A stretch of DNA of 63,897 nt, the filler included, from Octopus bimaculoides (lineage: Eukaryota), in the NCBI RefSeq assembly GCF_001194135.2. It is 8 parts of 6 records of this genome, joined end to end, with 100 filler letters (N's around TTAATTAATTAA, not from the genome) between each part and the next. Parts side by side here need not be neighbours in the genome. Positions count along the whole stretch, not along the records: positions 59,149 to 62,732 come from NC_069000.1; positions 62,833 to 63,897 come from NW_026342704.1; 6 more parts are not named here. The stretch is one strand, 5' to 3'. This document shows, one piece after another, positions 59,745 through 63,897 of this stretch (position 1 is its first letter; each line of letters opens with the position of its first letter). The translations under genes were made by a program, and so were the position numbers. The notes below the pieces were generated by a model. It was not told the origin of the DNA and searched no databases. It worked only from the letters and a program-made list of their open reading frames with translations.

Positions 59745-62732
59745 TTTCTGAATAATCGTTCTATTTCGTATAAAGAGAAGTTTTGTTTTGTTTAATTGAA
59801 GTTTTCGCATCGGCTTGAAAATTTCCGGATCAACATGCCATAATAGAATTTGTCAGTGATGTCTCACATCTCAAATGAATGAATCGTTATAGGTTTCAGA
59901 ACAATTCCACGGTTGGTCGATTAGTATTTTTCACAAAAGTATTTTAATTATCGAGAATCAAAACATTGCTTGATAGATCGTAGAGTCATATTTTAAATAA
60001 AATAAAATTAAAAAAAACATTTTAATCAACAAAAAAAAAACTACTGGACTCTAGTAACTGAAAGAAGTAAATTTTGGTAAAGTGAATCACATCGGGTATA
60101 TGTTCGTGCTCATAAAGGTTGTTGGCTCTATGAAAATATTGACGCATATTCCTTACCCTCACAGCTTTTAAAAATGCAGATTCACAAGTCTTGTTCTTGT
60201 TGGTAGTGACTTACTTTATGGTACATTTTAGCGTATCAAACTGGGAGAAGCGTCTGTTAAATGGGCAACTCATTTTCACACCCTTGACGAGTGATGGTAT
60301 TACTTTGCGAGTGTATGGTGACTTTCGTATATATTGAATGGACATTTGCTGCAACCTCTTTGTAGTACTGAAGTGCTGGAGAATATACATTACCAACTGA
60401 ATAACGACACACACGTCTGGTAGATCGATCTCCGAAAGGAATTTCTTCATATTCTATTAGTTGAGGAATCTAGATCATTGACCACTTTCAATATGTCGAT
60501 CAGACTGCTTCAGCATAATTTCTTGTTTTTTAAACATTCCGTTTTGCTCACAATATTCCTATCTACCATCGATTCGATTTCATTACTGGTAAATTGTCTG
60601 GTGCGGTCTGCTTATAAAAACGTTATAATTGTTCCTGCAATTGATGAGCCAACTCACGATAAATGTTTGCTGCAAATAGTACAAACTGTGGTCAAACAAA
60701 ATGTCAAAAATCAATACTTCCATATGTCAGTTCTATAGTTTGCAAATTCTCTGCATGATTTATGCCGTCAATTCTAATGTCACCTAACCGGTCAATTGCC
60801 AGCCGTAATGAATTCTCCACACCCTACTGACTTCAGTAACTTACGTTCCATGCCAGGTGCTATGCTGTATTAGTCAAGATTTATTCCAAATTTTGCTGGA
60901 GCGATTGATCCACTTTTCAGATTACACATTAATTCACTTCTAACTCTACCGAACTGTTGCTGGTCTCCATAACTATTCTGCGCAAAAGAAAAAAAAGAGA
61001 AGCTTCGCATCTTTGATTTGATGCAGTGTTATGGATCTCGAGACGTTTGTCCAAAGCAGAACGAAATTATTCACAGGTTATCTTGGCAGTTTCAGCCATT
61101 TATTGAGAAGTTAAATGTTACCAATTCACGATTGTGATGAATCACAAAGTACTTCATTTCATCTATAGTCACAAAAAGTTCTAGTGAATTGGTTCAACGT
61201 TGGTCTTCATGGTTACCTTTCTGACATTGAGCATCGTAAAGGCAAGTGCATACTACACGTCGATTCACTTTTTTGCTCTTCTATCATGAAACCTTCAGAT
61301 TCAAAGAGATATTGCTAGTTTATTCAACTTTTACCTGATAGGAGAAATGATTTAATATTATTACTTGACGTTATTTTGCAAAAATCATTAGATCCTTCAT
61401 ATGGTAGGCTTCCGATCGTTCATGTGCACTTGACAAAGATCGTAGAAATATTTCATTGTGCGTGAAGATATTTCTGTTATTGCTAATGAAAATTCAATCA
61501 AAGGCTTCAATTGTGCAAAACGAAACTTTGTTTATTCTAAACCGAAAGATTATTCAGAACAGCTTGCTTCAGGAAAACTCAAAATGTATCACTGAAACAC
61601 TTCTCTCACAAATATCTTGCACAAAACGACGAAATATGCATTACACCAACTAATATGACTACAAGTAACTCCTAGAACGTTGAAATAATCCGATTCAGTT
61701 GTTCCTCGACATTGTCTGCGAATTCTTGCGATTGGAATGGTTTGAATAAGCCACATGCTCGGCGAAACACTGAAGTCACTATCATTAATATTCTTATAAC
61801 TGTATCTATGTGTGTGTTTACTAAATATACGTGCATACATGCATAGATAGATAGATAGATAGATACATACATACACGTGTGTGTGTGTGTGTGTGTGTAT
61901 GTGTGTGTGTGTGCGTGTGTGCACGTGTGTGTATAAAATCTACCAATGTCCTTGCCGTCATGCAAGGCAAGAATTCATCCTCGGTAACGAAGTTGGGAGT
62001 CATTATAAGTCATTCATGCGTAGTGCCACCTTACTTCATCATAAGACGGCCAGTTGCATCATAAGGATGCATGAGCAGTTCAGCAGCGCCTATTGAACAC
62101 TAAGTCACCAATTTCCTACCTACAGCACAGACACAAATATACATAAACATTTCGTAAACGAATCTACCCTACACGCACATTTCCCTTCGTTGTCTTCATT
62201 CAATAATTACAGCAGAACACTCAATATTCTCCAATAAATTTGCTAAGTAACACACGTAGACACTTTAAATTACATAACGTACTTTCTCATTTTTTTTTCT
62301 CTGACATTTACATTCTTTTGATGTACTTCATCTTCCTCCTTAAAAATTTTAATTTCGATTTTATTGATATTTCCCATTTCTTTGTATTCCAACGCTGTTT
62401 CCGTTTTATCTATTCATTATTGTTAGTGAAGTTGTGTATAATATATATTTACAGAAACATAATACTTGTGAGAACACATAGAGACACACGCACATGCCAC
62501 GCATATAGTTGTGTGTAAATATGTGTGTATGTATATTATATTTGTATTATATATATGTATATATATCATATATGTATTACACACACACACACACACACAT
62601 ACTTGTGTATATGTATATATATATGTGTATGTGTAAATATGTATGTGCATACATATATATATATATATATATATATAAAAATTTTGAAGAGTGGTACAAC
62701 AAGGCACCGATATATATATATACATATATATA

Positions 62733-62832
62733 NNNNNNNNNNNNNNNNNNNNNNNNNNNNNNNNNNNNNNNNNNNNTTAATTAATTAANNNNNNNNNNNN
62801 NNNNNNNNNNNNNNNNNNNNNNNNNNNNNNNN
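62733..62832. other. Assembly gap placeholder with TTAATTAATTAA
   Basis: 12-mer at 62777-62788. Confidence 0.95.
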
Positions 62833-63897
62833 ATGAAAAACCAACAAAAGTTGAAAATGCTAATTTCGTGATTTACAGTCGTCTTTTGAGAATTTTAGAT
62901 AGTTTTCATTTTTGCACAAACCACTATTCATTTTGAAGCCTAGTGGGTTAATATAGGCTAGATGGTTGATGAAAACATTATATTTATCAAAGAGTTCACC
63001 GAAGTCACAACCATCTTCACAAAACTCAAGCTAACAAAATTTTCGAAATAACCATAAAAACCAAGAAAACTTGAAGATCCTAATTTCGTGATTTCCAGTC
63101 GTTATTTCTTACTTTTAAATAGCTTTCATATTTGCAAAAACCGCTATTCAATTTGAAGTCTAGTGATTTAATATAGTCTATATCGTTGATGAAATCATTG
63201 TATTTATCAAATATTTCACCGAAGTCACAGCCATTTTCACAAAACTCAAACTCACAAAATTTTCCAAATAACCATGAAAATCCAACAAAACTTCAAAATG
63301 CTAATTTGGTGATTTGCAGTCGTTTTTNNNNNNNNNNTGGTGATTTCCAGTCGTTTTTTGACACTTTTAGATAGTTTGAATTTTTGCAAAAACCACTATT
63401 CATTTTTAAGACTAGTCGGTTAATATAGGCTAGATGTTTGATGAAAACATTATATTTATCAATGAGTTCATCGGCGTTACAACAATTTTGGCAACCATAT
63501 TCACAAAACTCAAAATCACAAAATTTTGCAAATAACGATGAAAAACCAACAACACTTGATAATTGCTAATTTGGTGATTTGCAGTCGTTTTTTGACACTT
63601 TTAGATAGTTTGCATTTTTGCAAAAAGCACTATTCATTTTAAAGTCTAGTGGGTTAATATAGGCTAGATGTTTGATGAAAACATTATATATATCAATGAG
63701 TTCATCGGCGTTACAACAATTTTCGCACAACTTAAACACAGAAAATTTTGCAAATAACCATGAAAAACCAACAAAAGTTGAAAATTCTAATTTCGTGATT
63801 TCCAGTCGATTTTAGACACTTTTTGATAGTTTTCATTTTTGTTAAAACCACTATTCATTTTGAAGTCTAGTGGGTTAATATAGGATAGATGGTTGAT
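62833..63897. repeat. Satellite DNA array, about 220-bp monomer, at least 4.5 copies, runs off the window end
   Basis: Monomer starts (ATRAAAAWCCAA) at 62833, 63054, 63274, 63538 and 63760; spacings 221, 220, 264 (across a gap and a duplication), 222. Confidence 0.93.

Noticed and set aside
33551-60450. Non-repetitive short ORFs (33551-33817, 38097-38345, 44109-44396, 49139-49342, 53982-54164, 54451-54789, 60211-60450)
   Set aside because: No recognisable domain, lengths expected by chance, and no consistent exon chain.
60900-61300. Faint mariner-like peptides (IDEMK, ETSNSS) on the minus strand
   Set aside because: No catalytic or WVPHEL/YSPDL-type motif recoverable; too degenerate to support.
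63300-63365. Short duplication TGGTGATTT.CAGTCGTTTTT either side of the 10-N gap
   Set aside because: Probably overlapping contig ends in the satellite rather than a real duplication.

Overview
AT-rich eukaryotic genomic scaffold with many N gaps and extreme microsatellite density. The SINE families and repeat landscape suggest an octopus or other coleoid cephalopod (inference from memory, not a database result). I found no intact protein-coding gene, rRNA, tRNA or CRISPR array; the window reads as intergenic or large-intron DNA. It is filled with decayed retroelements (L1-Tx1, CR1, R4/Dong, an RTE-like leader, two Penelope-like RT remnants), decayed DNA transposons (three Tc1/mariner lineages, Tigger/pogo, Merlin, hAT MITE, unclassified MITEs) and three groups of tRNA-derived SINEs (A, B, C are my own labels). 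An approximately 220-bp satellite array occupies the right end. Main observations: (1) minimal hammerhead-ribozyme motifs in short non-coding cassettes, one inside 41-bp inverted repeats (16.4-16.6 kb) and one with a variant CUGUUGA core (47.3 kb); (2) a two-module SINE that carries a microsatellite at a fixed internal position and shares its 3' tail with the CR1 LINE in this window; (3) SINE tail swaps that track the flanking microsatellite type; (4) a possible decayed trypsin-family exon at 33.6 kb. The seven TTAATTAATTAA islands inside gaps are assembly placeholders. Boundaries of decayed elements are approximate.
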